Assembly (NCBI GenBank): GCA_951406725.2
Contig: OX597818.1
Location: forward strand, 3,286,001 to 3,350,000
Source of the DNA: Octopus vulgaris
Lineage: Eukaryota
DNA length: 64,000 nucleotides
Direction of reading: 5' to 3'
Shown here: piece after piece, positions 26,395 through 39,542 of the stretch
Layout of the letters: the number at the start of each line of letters is the position of its first letter
Position numbering within the stretch: position 1 is the stretch's first letter
Position numbers and translations under genes: made by a program
Notes under the pieces: generated by a model
Told to the model about the DNA's origin: nothing
The model's database searches: none
The model's input: the letters and a program-made list of their open reading frames with translations, nothing else

Positions 26395-29300
26395 AAAGCC
26401 CCCTCGCCCCATGTCACACCACAGTGTGATATGGTGGGCTTTGAGGAGGCTAGGGATAGATGAGTGGCTGGTGAAAGCTGTGCAGGCCATGTACGAGACA
26501 CTGTCAGTAAGGTGAGAGTTAACCATGAGTACAACGAAAAATTTGGGGTACAGGCTCAATCCTCAGTCCCCTCCTTTTCATCATTGCCCTCCAGGCCATA
26601 ATAGAGGAATTCAAGGTAGGCAGCCTCCTGGGAACTACTATATAATGATGATCTTGCCTTCATAGCAGGTACTGTATCAGAGCTAGAAGAGAAATTCCAG
26701 GTGTAGAAGCAAAAGCTAGAATCTAACAGCCTTAAGGTTAATTTAACAAAGATCTTAGTATGCAAGAAAACAGACAGGATCCTATCCTCTTCAGGTAGGT
26801 GGCCCTATTCGATTTGTAGGAAAGGTGAAGGCAGGAACTCCATATGGTATACCTAAGAAGTGCAGTGGAAGGCTATCTAAGGAGGTAATGTTCATTTGTG
26901 GAAGATGCACAGGATCCATAAAAAGTATAGAGACTTAGTAAATTGATTCTCTCAAATGCCCTAGTGGCTCATTAGAGATAGTAGATAATTTCTGCAACCT
27001 AGGGGACCAAATTAGCAGTGAAGGAGGATGCACGGAGAGTGTGATAGCTAGAATAAGAAAAGGATGGAGGAAATTCAGAAAGCTTTTATCTGTTAGCTAT
27101 GTAGTGACGTCATGTTCCAGTGTGCGCACATGCAACGTCATTCTTCAGTGTGCGTGTGCGGAACGTCACCTTTGTAGTGACGTCATGTTCCAGTGTGCGC
27201 ACACGCAACGTCATTCTTCAGTGTGCGTGTGTGGAACGTCTTTCTTCAGTGTGCGTGTGCGGGGTTGGAACCTTCTAGAACCTTCTGGAAGCCTTTCCAT
27301 AAGGAAGTTTCCCTCATGCACATGCGCTAGAGACTGAAGAATAAATCCCATAGCGTTCCTTAATAGCGTTCGGGGATTTGAGGCACGGCGATCGAAGAGA
27401 AAGGACGTATTTTCATACGTGTGATCAACCTATTCTCCTGTCCCAGACGCTTGGGATTTAACCTATCTATTGCTGCTGAATTGTTGTAAGAATGGATACC
27501 AGTATACCATCGTGTTTCATTGTTGAATAAGAGAATAAAGAATTATATATTTCTAAACTTGCTTTTCGTTCCTGACTGGTAGTTTCTAGAAACAAAAAGA
27601 AAGGAAACCAGTTCCCTTTACAGTGGTGACCCCGAGTTCTGGTCATAGACCATAGAACACTTAACAGAAATCTAGTTTCTACCAACAGTTATAAAAGGAA
27701 CCTCTCTTATCTTCCGCAATAATGACGACGCTAACATACACCAGCAACACAGGACATTTACACCACGGACGCCTTCATCTCAACAATGCCTTTCTCTGCC
27801 GTCGTCATCACCATTGTCGTCCTTCAACTTCACGTCGTCTCCATCTTCGTCGCCAGCAACACTATGTATTTTACTACGAACTAAGCAACCACGTGCCTCA
27901 AGTCCACCACTGTCGCTTTCACCCCGTCGACCTCAACGATATGTACACAGCAACTCGCTGAAGTTTGGCTTACATGCTGTTCGTGTATACACACCAAGAT
28001 TAACAGCACAGCACTACCTGCGAGATCTTCTGTACCAATGTAACCTGGCACAGCATTGAAGCCACAACCGCTACACGACATGTGTTCAACCGGCATCTGC
28101 ACTTGTGATCCCAACTTCCTGTTACAGAATGAACTGCTATTTTGTACTTAACTACTAACTGGTAAATTAACTCCATCTTGTCTGAAATACCCTGAGAGAC
28201 TTTTCCTATGCGCTGTATTCTGTTTTGCCCGCATACACTTGTTTGTACTTCTGTCGCACACACGAACACACATAATTCATACGCCACACATGCCTTTCTC
28301 GCTTGTTTTCCATGCTCAATGTGCCCTTGTAGACACAACTCATCTCTGTAAGACCCTAGGTCGGTCACACATACATAGAGAAAGTTGTTTGTCCCTTACA
28401 ACGCGCCAGCATGCCACACGACCGAGGCATATAATCGCTCAAGCACTGGCTGGCAACCTCAGCCTTACTGCATTAATCACTGGCATATTCAATACTGTGC
28501 ACTGTATTTCAGCCTGGCAAGCCCTATTGCACTCATGCACCTCTGTTCTGCACGTGTACTCCCTTGTTTTGCAACACGTCTGCGTCAGCTCAATTCTTCT
28601 CCCGACTCAAAGAACGTCGGATGTTCACATGCACTGCGCTCATGTTTAGGCATAATTTTACCCTGTTAGACCCCTGTTGGTCACGTAATTAAGAGAAAAT
28701 TATCTGTCTCGCGCATCACTCCAGCATGCTTACACTGTCGCCCTTGCTAACCTTACTCTTTCAGCTGAAGCAATGTCTGCCTTTGAGTTACTAGCGATCT
28801 GTCTGTCAATTCCATTTCCTCTCCTGCAGCAATTGAGTTAACTGCTATTTCGCATGATCAAACATCTTTAGCGGAGTTGGATTTAACTTCGCCTAAGTTT
28901 ATCAATTGTAAGTTTGCCTACCGTCCGCTCTATTCTTTGTGACGTATCCACCGGTTCTCCTAGACAGTTAGTACCTGAGAAACATCAACGTTCTGTTTTT
29001 GATGCTCTTCATTCATTGTCACATCCAGGTATCTCTGCCACAGTTCTTCTGGCCCAATATGCGACGATCGATTACCTCTTGGGCACGCTCTTGTTTGAGG
29101 TGCCAGAGTGCTAAAGTCCATAGACACGTTCGTGCTCCACTTGGACAGTTTTCTTCTCCTGAGGCCCGTTTTCGCTATGTTCACCTTGATTTGGTTGGAC
29201 CATGGCCTGTGAGTAACGGGTTCTCATACATTTTAACTTTTATCGATCATTTCTCACGTTGGCCGGAAGCTATTCCTATTCACACATGCACCTTTGACAA

Positions 29301-31062
29301 CACCACCATTTACACATGCACCTTTATCAACACCAACATCGGCAACACCATTTTCGTCGTCGCAGCCCGCCTCGAACAAACCTTATGTTACGAGGTCAGG
29401 CAGAACTGTTCACTGGTCGAGGAAACTTTAAAAGACGATTTATATTTAACATTCTCAATTGACTTCCCAGTGACAGTTACGATACTAATTGAACTTTGTT
29501 CGTTTGAGTATTATTTTTTCTTTTCCTTTGCTGCATGCTTGTTTATATTATGGATTTTTTTTGTTTTAATTTGTCATATTGTGTGCCATTTTGGTGATTT
29601 GGTATCCACCTTATATTCTGAAGCCACTACAAGGAGTTTTGTTTCGTGCTTCCGCACTCGAGGGGGAGCCTTTGTAGTGACGTCATGTTCCAGTGTGCGC
29701 ACACGCAACGTCATTCTTCAGTGTGCGTGTGCGGAACGTCACCTTTGTAGTGACGTCATGTTCCAGTGTGCGCACACGCAACGTCATTCTTCAGTGTGCG
29801 TGTGTGGAACGTCTTTCTTCAGTGTGCGTGTGCGGGGTTGGAACCTTCTAGAACCTTCTGGAAAGGCCATAAGGAAGTTTCCCTCATGCACATGCGCTAG
29901 AGACTGAAGAATAAATCCCATAGCGTTCCTTAATAGCGTTCAGGGACTTGAGGCACGGCAATCGAAGAGAAAGGACGTATTTTCATACGTGTGATCAACC
30001 TATTCTCCTGTCCCAGACGCTTGGGATTTAACCTATCTATTGCTGCTGAATTGTTGTAAGAATGGATACCAGTATACCATCGTGTTTCATTGTTGAATAA
30101 GAGAATAAAGAATTATATATTTCTAAACTTGCTTTTCGTTCCTGACTGGTAGTTTCTAGAAACAAAAAGAAAGGAAATTGTGTTGCACCCAAGTTGCACC
30201 CCAAAAGTGTAAAGAAGCAACCAGTTCCCTTTACAGCTACGCAAGGTTTCTCCAAGTGAAAGGAATATTGCATGATGCATGTATATGGACAGCAATTCTA
30301 CATGGTAGTGAGATGTGGGCCTTAAATGCACAGGATATGTGAAGGTTAGACAGGAATGAGGTTAGTATGCAAATGTTCATGTTTGACAGAATCCTAGTGT
30401 ATTGACAGAGAAGTTAGGCATAAAAAGAATTAGATACTGTGTGCAAGAAAGAAGACTGCACTGGTTTGATCAAATGATGTGGATGGATGCTGACAGCTCC
30501 ATAAAGATGTGCTGATCTCCTAAAGTCGATGGAACACGTGGAAGTGGGAGATCCAGGAAGACATATGAAGAAGTAATGAAGAATGACCTCAGAACACTGA
30601 ACCTTTCAGGCAAGATGACAAAGAATTGGGATGCCTGATGCCTTGCTATACTCAAGAAGCCTTGTGCACTTCTGCAGAAGTGTTAAGTTAAGTCTGGTCC
30701 CCCTGGTGGAGAGGATTGACCTGTAAGAGTCCTGTACTGGTGTCACATAGCGGTGCTGGTGTCACATGGCAGTGCTGGTGCTACATGGTGGTGCTGTATT
30801 AAATTTCCTGTGCAGTATCGTGTAAAAGTGCCCTTGTGGTGTCACATAAAAGCACCCATGCAGCGCCATGTAAAAGTGTGCATGCAGTGCCATGTAAAAG
30901 CACCCAGCACACTCTTTAAAGTGGATGGTGTTAGGAAGGACATCCAGCTGTAGAAACCATGCCAAATCAGACTGGAGTCTGATGCAGCTCCCCAGCTTGC
31001 TAGTTCTGGTCAAGCCATCCAGCCTATGCCAGCATGGACAATGGACATTAAATGATGATGAT
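26395..31062 (+). mobile_element. RTE family B fragment (26395-27099 and 30236-31062) split by an LTR element
   Basis: Reading frame ARIRKGWRKFRKLLS..LLAT is continuous across the insertion; (GAT)n tail at ~31052. Confidence 0.82.
27100..30235 (+). mobile_element. Non-autonomous Gypsy-derived LTR retrotransposon with two LTRs
   Basis: TG..CA LTRs at 27100-27622 and 29673-30235, near identical. 4-bp TSD GCTA (27096-27099/30236-30239). PBS tggtgacccc (tRNA-Trp-complementary) at 27624. PPT gagggggag at 29660. Only integrase remnants inside (HPG.., HLDLVGPWP..IDHFSRWPEAIP). Confidence 0.93.
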
Positions 31063-31584
31063 ATACACATACAAACACACACACTCACATATAGATATAT
31101 AGATATAATGAATATATCAGTTCATATATTCATGCAAAATCATCATAGGTGTGTGTGTAAGTGTACATTAACCATTAAGCAAAATAAACATGTACTTTGA
31201 GCGTCAAGGAATATGGTGGGGAATCATAGAAATGGTAAATGCTTAATAGTAAAAAGGAAATCACTTTAAATTTGCTAAAATAATATTCGAAGTGGTACAA
31301 ATGACTAGAAATTTCAAAGTGTTCATGGTGTCATAGTAAGGATCTAATCAAAGACTTAGCAATTAAAAAAAAGGAAGGGAAAACTTTACAAATATAGATA
31401 AAGTGGAAGTATATGAAAATAAACATTATTTTCCATTTAATGTTAGTTTTAATTTCATTTTGAAAAATTAAAAATGATTTTATGGTTTATTAATATTTAT
31501 ATTTTGAAATACATATATATGGGGACACCAAAATCTTTTAAGTGCTTAGGGCCTCCATAGGTCTTAATCCAGCCCTGGTATGTA

Positions 31585-33000
31585 TGTCATTATTCAGTTT
31601 TATTTCAAGATTTCTTGTCAATAGAGGAAGAGCTGGTTTCTAACCTAGATCCAAGGTTCCTTTGTTGGAATTTCAACAACAGCAACAGGGTATTTTAGTA
31701 TGTATGTATATGTGTATATTTATATGTTTTGTTTTATGTATGTATTCTTGTGCATATAGTTGCATGTCTAGACATGCTCATATATACTTGAATGATTAAC
31801 TTCTGGAAAGTTTTACAGATTTTTACAGTTCCAGTGATGGATTGGATCAGCCTTTGGAACAGCTTTCTCCTTTTGAGAAGCCTAATTTCTCAAGACTGGT
31901 ATTTAGGCAGTGTTTTACATATCTCAGTTCCCCAATAACTTTGAACTTGTAATCTGGAGAGAGTAGCTGTAGATTCCTCAATAGTTCAGCATGAGTATTT
32001 TCTTTTTCACTGATCTTTAGCTCTATATTAACATCTGCTGGACAACTGATTTCCACAACTGTATACAGTTTCTTTTCTCTATCCCAAATTACTATTTCAG
32101 GTCTATTATGTTTACATTTTATTGAGGTTTTCATTGGGACATTCCACCAGAACTCCTTTTTATTATGAGTGGCTACGGTTTCTACCATATTGTAGGCTCT
32201 TATTTCTTTGACCTCGGGGTTATCCTTCCAATGGATCTCATTATACAGTGTCCTAACTACAACATCATGTCTCATCAGTAAGATAATAGCGGGATGACAT
32301 TTTCAGACAACTGTTTATGCATCGGTTATCACATTTTGCTGCTTTTCCTGTGTCACTGTCCTTTTTGTGCATCAGGCTGATATTTCTACTAACATACTTG
32401 GTTGATATTTGGTTGAGTACTGGCATTGCAAACAAATTGTGGGCCACAGTTTTATTGGATGCAAAGAGCTCTGAGGTCCACATATTTTTTTATTTAGCTG
32501 TAATATTCTTTACAGGTGCCATTGTAAGATATCTTTTCATTCACCCCATGGTACCTGTAACATTCCTCGTCAGATAACGGGGAAACAGGTAGGTCATTGA
32601 TGGAGATGTTGTTAGTCTGTTTTACAGTTTTCCCTCTTTTCATAACCATATAGCAACATTTATCCTGACCAAACTCCAATCCCACATCCTTTGAGAATGT
32701 TGTCACCAGGTCAAGGCTCTTTTCATTTCATGCACATTCTTTGCATATATTTTCAAGTCATCTACAAAGAAATGGTGTATAATTTTGGTATTTCTTTTTT
32801 CTTGTGAACCAGTGAGATATCCTTCAGACTTCATTGACATGAATGACAAGGAGTTTCCAGGAAGGATAAACAACATCACAGAGAGGCTGTCCTCTTGGAA
32901 TATACCTCTGCAATACTGTATTCTATCTTTAATAATGCAATCACTCCTTGTATTTAACATCAAGATGGTGGCCCACGATGAAGTAAGGTCAGCTATAGCT
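31585..33000 (-). mobile_element. R4/Dong-like RLE LINE, 5'-truncated and decayed
   Basis: RGIFQEDSLS..FFVDDLKIYA, GLEFGQDKC, MRHDVV..HNRPEIVIWD..VVEISCPAD; ends in (ACAT)n microsatellite. Confidence 0.85.
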
Positions 33001-33186
33001 TTGTATATATGTATGTAACTATGTACATACATACACATGCTTTAAATATTTTTGGTTCCTAATTGTATCTTTCTTTTATGTGAATAGATTTGTGTGTGTG
33101 TATATGAATCTTCCTGATTTAATAGCATTATTTACATTACAAAGTTTGTGGAATGACTCTCTTGCCAAATGCATACTGCCCAAAAT

Positions 33187-33961
33187 TCAGCAAGATTCTC
33201 TATGTAAACAAGTGTCATCAAAACTATGTGTTCCTTTGTTTCTCCGTCTTTTACGACGGATTTCCCGTTGGATTTCAAAGGACTTTACCATACTGGGTGT
33301 TATATGGAAAATATTGTTGTTTTCAGAGTCACTAAATAATAAAACTCTATCTGGGCTTTCAGGAAATTTTTCAGCACTCAAACTTTCTTCAATATTATTG
33401 TCCATAGAAAGTAACTCCTTGTTTAATTTGCTGATTTCATTATAATCAAAGGTAAATACAAAATCCTGTGGGCTACTGAGGGAAAATTCTTGCATGTCAT
33501 TTGGTGAATTGTCAAAGGAATCAAATGTATCATCATCAAGAACTTTCCGTTTTTCAAATATTTTGCCATGGCGTTTCCTCATCAGCCGCATGGCACGGTC
33601 TTGGTATATGTCAATCTGTAGTAAGGCAGGTACTGATTGACTACGTTTCTTGAGCACTCTATTAACAGTATTCATTAAATTCATTGTTAGAAAATCTTCA
33701 TCACTTGATGATGTTGGGCTTGGTGGCAAGTCTGACAAGACACTACTATCATAGCTGTAATTTCTCTTAAGAATCCCAGAACTATTAAACAAAGTGTTAG
33801 AAGAGAAATCATTAAGACCCAACTGACTTGATTTTTCTTTTACCAGAATTTCATTTATGCATCTTGTCCTTCTTCGACTGTGACGAGACTGGAGCTGGCT
33901 TTTCCAGTCCAGCTCAGTTGTCTTGCTCAAATATGGTGGAGTATTTTCCATTTTCATTAAC
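33187..33961 (-). CDS. Probable host coding exon, ~256 aa from ATG at 33957, Ser/Asp-rich with basic clusters, no recognised domain
   Basis: 770-nt open frame in otherwise stop-dense AT-rich DNA, starting exactly after a strong acceptor (ccttttattttgtttcag). No TE motifs. Confidence 0.62.
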
Positions 33962-34211
33962 CTGAAACAAAATAAAAGGATTCCAAGAGTTAATAATTGA
34001 GTTTCTGGCAAACCCTATTTTATTTACTATACAACCTTCTGTTTACTTTTGTCTGTCTGTCTGTCTCTCTCTCTCTGTACTGTCAGCTTAAAAATAGAAT
34101 ATGCAGAGTTAAAACAAAACTCAACTGAAGTAAATGTATTCACAACAAGAGTTTATTCATCTCAAAAGAACAGCTATTATCATATATGTATGTGTTTTGT
34201 ATATATGCATC

Positions 34212-34600
34212 TTTTATCTTTTACTTGTTTCAATCATTTGACCATGACCATGCTGGGGCACTGCCTTGAAAGGTTTTAGTCAAATGAATCAACCCCAGAC
34301 TTTTTTGAAATGGAATTTTGCTGAACTACTAAGTTACAGTGATATAAACACACCAGCACTGGCTGTCAAGCAGTGGGGATGGGACAAACACAGACACAAA
34401 AACACACACACACACACACACAAGTATGTATACACAACGGGCTTCTTTCAATTTCCGTCTACCAAATCCACTCACAAAGCTTTGGTAAGTCCGAAGCTAT
34501 AGCAGAAGACACTTGCCCAAGGTGCCACGTGGTGGGACTGAACCCAGAATCATGTGGTTGTGAAGCTAGCTTAGTACCACACAGCTACGTCTGTACCTAC
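34212..34600 (-). mobile_element. SINE family A
   Basis: Reverse complement of the 12484 family. Confidence 0.82.
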
Positions 34601-35316
34601 GTATGTAAAAAAACAATTAGAAAATCTATTTTAGACCGTTTTCTGTTTGGCTGCACTTTAAAATAAGTGAAAATTTTCAAATTTGGTGTATTCATGTAAT
34701 TTTTCATGCTGAATCTCAGGGTCTAATTCACTTGTTTCAGAAAAATTTCTTTAAAAAGTAATAGAGGTTTAAAGTTTCATCATTCTTACCCAGCCAGAAA
34801 ACAGGATTTGGAATTTGTCATTTTCTGTGTGACTGCATGTGTTCTCTACGCTGCGACAGTAGCATGTATTTTAATATCAAACTGTAAACAAATAAAATAT
34901 TGGCAGAATTCTGCTTTATGCATGCCATATAATCCTCAACTCTCTTCCACTCTTCATCTGACTTCCCTCTTCTTCTCTCTTCATCTAACACCTACTTCCT
35001 CTCCTCACTTCTACCCACCTCTCCTCTCCTCACTTCACTCCTACCCACCTTCTCTCTTTATTGATATTCCCTTCACCCACACCCCATTCCAACACACACC
35101 ACCCCTACTCCCACACCACTCCACACACACTAGCACTGACCACTTCCCAGCACTCACACCACATACCATCATCTGCACACCCAAACACCACCCGAGTGTC
35201 AAACTAATACACCTGCTTCTTGTTCATACACCTGTCTTCGTCTTTTGTGTTTCTATAAATTTCAAGTATATATGTGTGTGCGTGTGTGTGTGTGTATGCA
35301 TATATGCATACACACT

Positions 35317-35626
35317 GGGTGCAATGGTCCAGTGGTTAGGGCAGCGGACTCGCGGTTGTAGGATCGCAGTTTCGATTCCCAGACCAGGCATTGTGAGTGT
35401 TTATTGAGCAAAAACACCTAAAGCTCCACAAGGCTCCAGCAGGGGGTGGTGGCGATCTCTGCTGTACTCTTTCGTCATAACTTTCTCTCACTCTTTCTTC
35501 TGTTGGCCAGCACACTTAGCCAGTAGGGTGGCATCATTTGAAGGCTAAAACAATGCGAAGCGCATTGTGACCAGCGATGTGTAGCAACATCTGATAGCCT
35601 GGTCGGTCACGGTGATCACGGTGACA
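35317..35626 (+). mobile_element. tRNA-derived SINE family D
   Basis: tggtccagtggttagggc (A box) and gtttcgattccc (B box); tail tcacggtgatcacggtga. Confidence 0.78.
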
Positions 35627-36031
35627 TATATATATGCATATATATGTATATAAAAAAGATTGAATTTCATGGATCTTTTAATTGGAACTCTTAACCGCTC
35701 TTAATTTTAATACAAAAAAATTTGTACCAGTTCTCTTTCTCTCACACTTTTCTATATATATCTCACATGTATTCTATTTACATGTATTTTTATGTATATT
35801 TATATATATCTATATCTTTAAACATAATTAAATCTCAGAATGAGATTGAAACAGTAATCACTCGATAATGTAAAGTATAGAAGCCATCTTATCATGGCTA
35901 ACCACATTGGGGAGGGGGTGTTACTGTGGCTTTATAGCCCCAAGAGATCTTCGTCTCAAGCTGGCTTTAGACACAATATCAGTGTCCTTGGAGTATTTGC
36001 AAAGGGAGGCCATCCCTTCCTCGCAAGCCCG

Positions 36032-36090
36032 AGTGATACGCTCGAACTAGTTTCGGGATTGTTGTCCCTCGTCAACGGGCGGTAACCACC
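36032..36090 (-). ncRNA. Minimal type I hammerhead ribozyme (C3U variant), copy 1
   Basis: cgcccg-UUGACGA-ggga(caacaa)uccc-GAAAC-UA-GUU-cgagcg. Confidence 0.68.
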
Positions 36091-36310
36091 AGGTAGCGAT
36101 GAAAGTGAGGGCTTCTTTGCAAATCATATATAAGTTTTTCTAATGGCGTCTGCCACTGATGTCGAAAAACGAACAGTAAGCATAATTAAATCTCAGAATG
36201 AGATTGAAACAGTAATCACTCGATAATGTAAAGTATAGAAGCCATCTTATCATGGCTAACCACATTGGGGAGGGGGTGTTACTGTAGCTTTATAGCTTTC
36301 ATCGCTACCT

Positions 36311-36369
36311 GGTGGTTACCGCCCGTTGACGAGGGACAACAATCTCGAAACTAGTTCGAGCGTATCACT
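36311..36369 (+). ncRNA. Minimal type I hammerhead ribozyme (C3U variant), copy 2
   Basis: TTGACGA 36326-36332, stem II ggga/tctc, GAAAC, palindromic ACTAGT stem III, predicted GUU cleavage after 36356. Confidence 0.68.
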
Positions 36370-36668
36370 CAGGCTTGCGAGGAAGGGATGGCCTCCCTTT
36401 GCAAATACTCCAAGGACACTGATATTGTGTCTAAAGCCAGCTTGAGACGAAGATCTCTTGGGGCTATAAAGCTACAGTAACACACCCTCCCCAATGTGGT
36501 TAGCCATGATAAGATGGCTTCTATACTTTACATTATCGAGCGATTACTGTTTCAATCTCATTCTGAGATTTAATTATGCTTACTGTTTGTTTTTCGACAT
36601 CAGTGGCAGACGCCATTAGAAAAACTTATATATGATTTGCAAAGAAGCCCTCACTTTCATCGCTATCT

Positions 36669-36727
36669 GGTGGTTACCGCCCGTTGACGAGGGACAACAA
36701 TCCCGAAACTAGTTTGAGTGTATCACT
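36669..36727 (+). ncRNA. Minimal type I hammerhead ribozyme (C3U variant), copy 3
   Basis: Exactly 358 nt downstream of copy 2; two C>T changes in the 3' strand of stem I. Confidence 0.62.
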
Positions 36728-37214
36728 CGGGCTTGCAAGGAAGGGATGGCCTCTCTTTGCAAATACTCCAAGGACACTGATATTGTGTCTAAAGCCAGCT
36801 TGAGACGAAGATCTCTTGGGGCTATAAAGCTACAGTAACACCCCCTCCCCAATGTGGTTAGCCATGATAAGATGGCTTCTATACTTTACTATATCTTTAA
36901 AGATATTCATATATGTCGATATGTATTAATATACATATATACACATTTAAGTTGAATTTATAACTGTATGAGTATGCAAACTAAGTTGATTGCCTAATTT
37001 GTGTTTACATTTTTTAATTCTTATATATATATATACATTTATATATATCTGTAAATATAATATGTAACAATTATTCGGTAGTCAAGATAAAACTCTGAGT
37101 TTCGGATGCCGAGGTGGAAATCCACACCACCATCTCTTTCTTTCTTTTGTTATCTTACCGTTTTTACCAATATACATTTATATATGTGTGTGTGTGTGTG
37201 TGTATATATACATA

Positions 37215-37298
<84 letters not shown>

Positions 37299-37589
37299 TA
37301 TAAACCGTGCTGTTTACTGCTGTGATTTTTGCTACCAAGGTATCGGTTAAACTTTTGATTAATCTACTACAAGATTATTCATCTTTCTATTTCACATAAT
37401 TATATATATATATATATACATGTATGTATGTGTGTATATATATATATATATATTCACACACACACACATACTACACACATATCTTTATATATATATATAT
37501 GTATGTTTGTGTGTGTATATAATTTTCTTTTAGTTTCAGTCCAAGGACTGCAGCCATATTGGGGACCACCATTTACTTTTCTACATATT

Positions 37590-38885
37590 CACTAAACCTC
37601 CTCTGATATGTTATATTTGGTGGATGAGGCAGTTTGATGTTGCTGCCTTCACCTGTGTTTCTTGCATAAACGTAGGTTCATCCAGAACTCTTAAAAGAAG
37701 ATCTAGATTTGTTTTGAAAAAGCCTATGTCCATGCCATGGAGGCCACTCAGGCTTTGTGGGAGGATATTGAAGCATTGTGGGCTTTTGAAGACCAAGCTG
37801 TTGCAGTATCTGGTACTGTATCCTGATGGCAATGTTGGGACCTTTGGTACCATGCAGTAGCGCCCCGTCCTACTGTTTGAGTAAGTGACAATGCCAAAGT
37901 TTGGAACAAGTTTCTCTAGGATTTTCCAGATGTATATTATTGCATATCTTTCCTGCCTTCTCTCCAGGGAGTAGAGCCTTAGCTCTTTCAGTCTCTCCCA
38001 ATAGCTGATATGTCACATTATATCGATCTTCTTTGTGTGGCTTCGTTGGATCGCCTTGAGTTCCATCGTTAATTTTACACTGTTGGTGACCACATCTGAG
38101 AGCAGTAATCCAGATGACTGAGAACGACTGAGGACCATCATGATTTCTTTTTCTCTTGTTTTGAAAGTTCAAAGGATCCACCTGACCAGACATTTGCACT
38201 TTATTGCCAACTTAGTAATGTCCACCTGGAAAGATGCATCGTTACTCATGTCGATGCCCAGGTCATGCACTCATTTTGATTCGGGGATTGGAATCCTTCC
38301 TGGACCAGTGTATCCTTTATGCTTTTCATTGAGCTTCCTGTGTTGGTAGTACAGGGCTTAGAATTTTTCAGCATTAAACTGCATGTTATTTTCCTCAGCC
38401 CACCTGTATATTGTGTCCAACTCACGCTGCAGATGCACAACGTCTCCAAGGTTCGGTATCCTCTGAGAGACTTTTGTATCGTCTGTATAGCTAGCTATTT
38501 GATTCGTTAGGGGCATGTCAGAGAAGGCCAATATAAATAGCAGTAGCCTCAGGACAGTGCTCTGTGGAACACCACTCATTATTTGTGTTTTCTTGGAAGT
38601 GACCACTGCTACCTGACTTCTATCTTTTAGAAAGTCATGTAACAATTCTCCAAGTTCTCCAAATATGCCAAGATTTTGGAACTTGTGACAAATCATACCA
38701 TGGTCAACTTTGTCAATGGCTTTTGCAAAATTGAGGTATATTACATCCGCATTTGAGTTGTTGAGCGGCTGCTTTAGCACTCAGTTGTAATGCTGCAAGG
38801 GCTCTGTCAGGCAGCTTCTACCTGTCAAAAACCATGCTGGATGTCAGTCAGCAAGTCACTCTCTTCAAGCAATGCAATTAATTTC
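37590..38885 (-). mobile_element. CR1-group LINE 3' half, decayed (same family as 61436-64000)
   Basis: YLNFAKAIDKVDHG, SGVPQS, YTDD, MQFNAEKF. Confidence 0.87.
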
Positions 38886-39542
38886 CTTTGGACTTTTCTT
38901 TTTCACAGGATTCCTATGTTTTTGATGATGGCGATTCTGAATATGCAAAAAAACCCCCACGTTTTCAAAATTTTTAACCTCCCATCACCAATTTTTAATT
39001 TTAAACTTTTTTTTCAAAATTTCTTTTTTCAATCTACGGGGGAAAATAAGGAGATTAAGAATATGGGGGAAAAAAATCGAATTTTAATTTCAAATTTAAT
39101 TATGAAAAACTTTAAAATTGATCCATACACCCCTCACCATCCCATCCCACTGTCTAAAAGTGAAAATGAACGGCTGTTTTGTCTGTTTGCAAAAGGATCA
39201 TGGCATGTGAAGCCCTCACCATAAAACTTGATATGCTAGAAATAATAGCTAAATGTCTGGAGAATTTTTATGTTTGTGTGTGCATGCGAGCAACAATTTC
39301 TAAGCTTATCTGAATGAACAGAGAAAATACACAGAAATACATTTTACATACCTGTCATATATGTCGGTTTTGTTTTTTCGCTTTAAAGGTAAACGATTCT
39401 CATAGAAGTAATTATCTAGCTGTCAATACATTCGATTAATCCCAACAAAATACTGCAAGTTTAGTTACTGGTTCAGCACCTATGTTTGCATTCTTCATTC
39501 CAAAAGAATACAAACTTTTACATAACAAAGCTTTAACATAAT

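Larger units (their letters stand above)
35823..36888. mobile_element. Retrozyme-like multimer of a 358-bp non-coding unit with internal inversion
   Basis: 35823-36296 = 1.3 units forward and 36296-36888 = 1.65 units reverse. 13-bp TSD ctatatctttaaa (35810-35822/36889-36901). Confidence 0.85.

Noticed and set aside
28999-29907. 302-aa ORF with hydrophobic stretch resembling an env or membrane protein
   Set aside because: Chimera of an integrase remnant, T-rich untranslated sequence and LTR read-through
35317-35395. tRNA gene
   Set aside because: A/B boxes continue into a SINE body; no convincing cloverleaf
34808-35407. 199-aa Pro/His-rich ORF
   Set aside because: Spans C/A-rich low-complexity DNA, a microsatellite and a SINE head
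37063-37168. Additional intact hammerhead
   Set aside because: Has GAAAC and stems II/III, but the CUGANGA half is lost at an inversion junction
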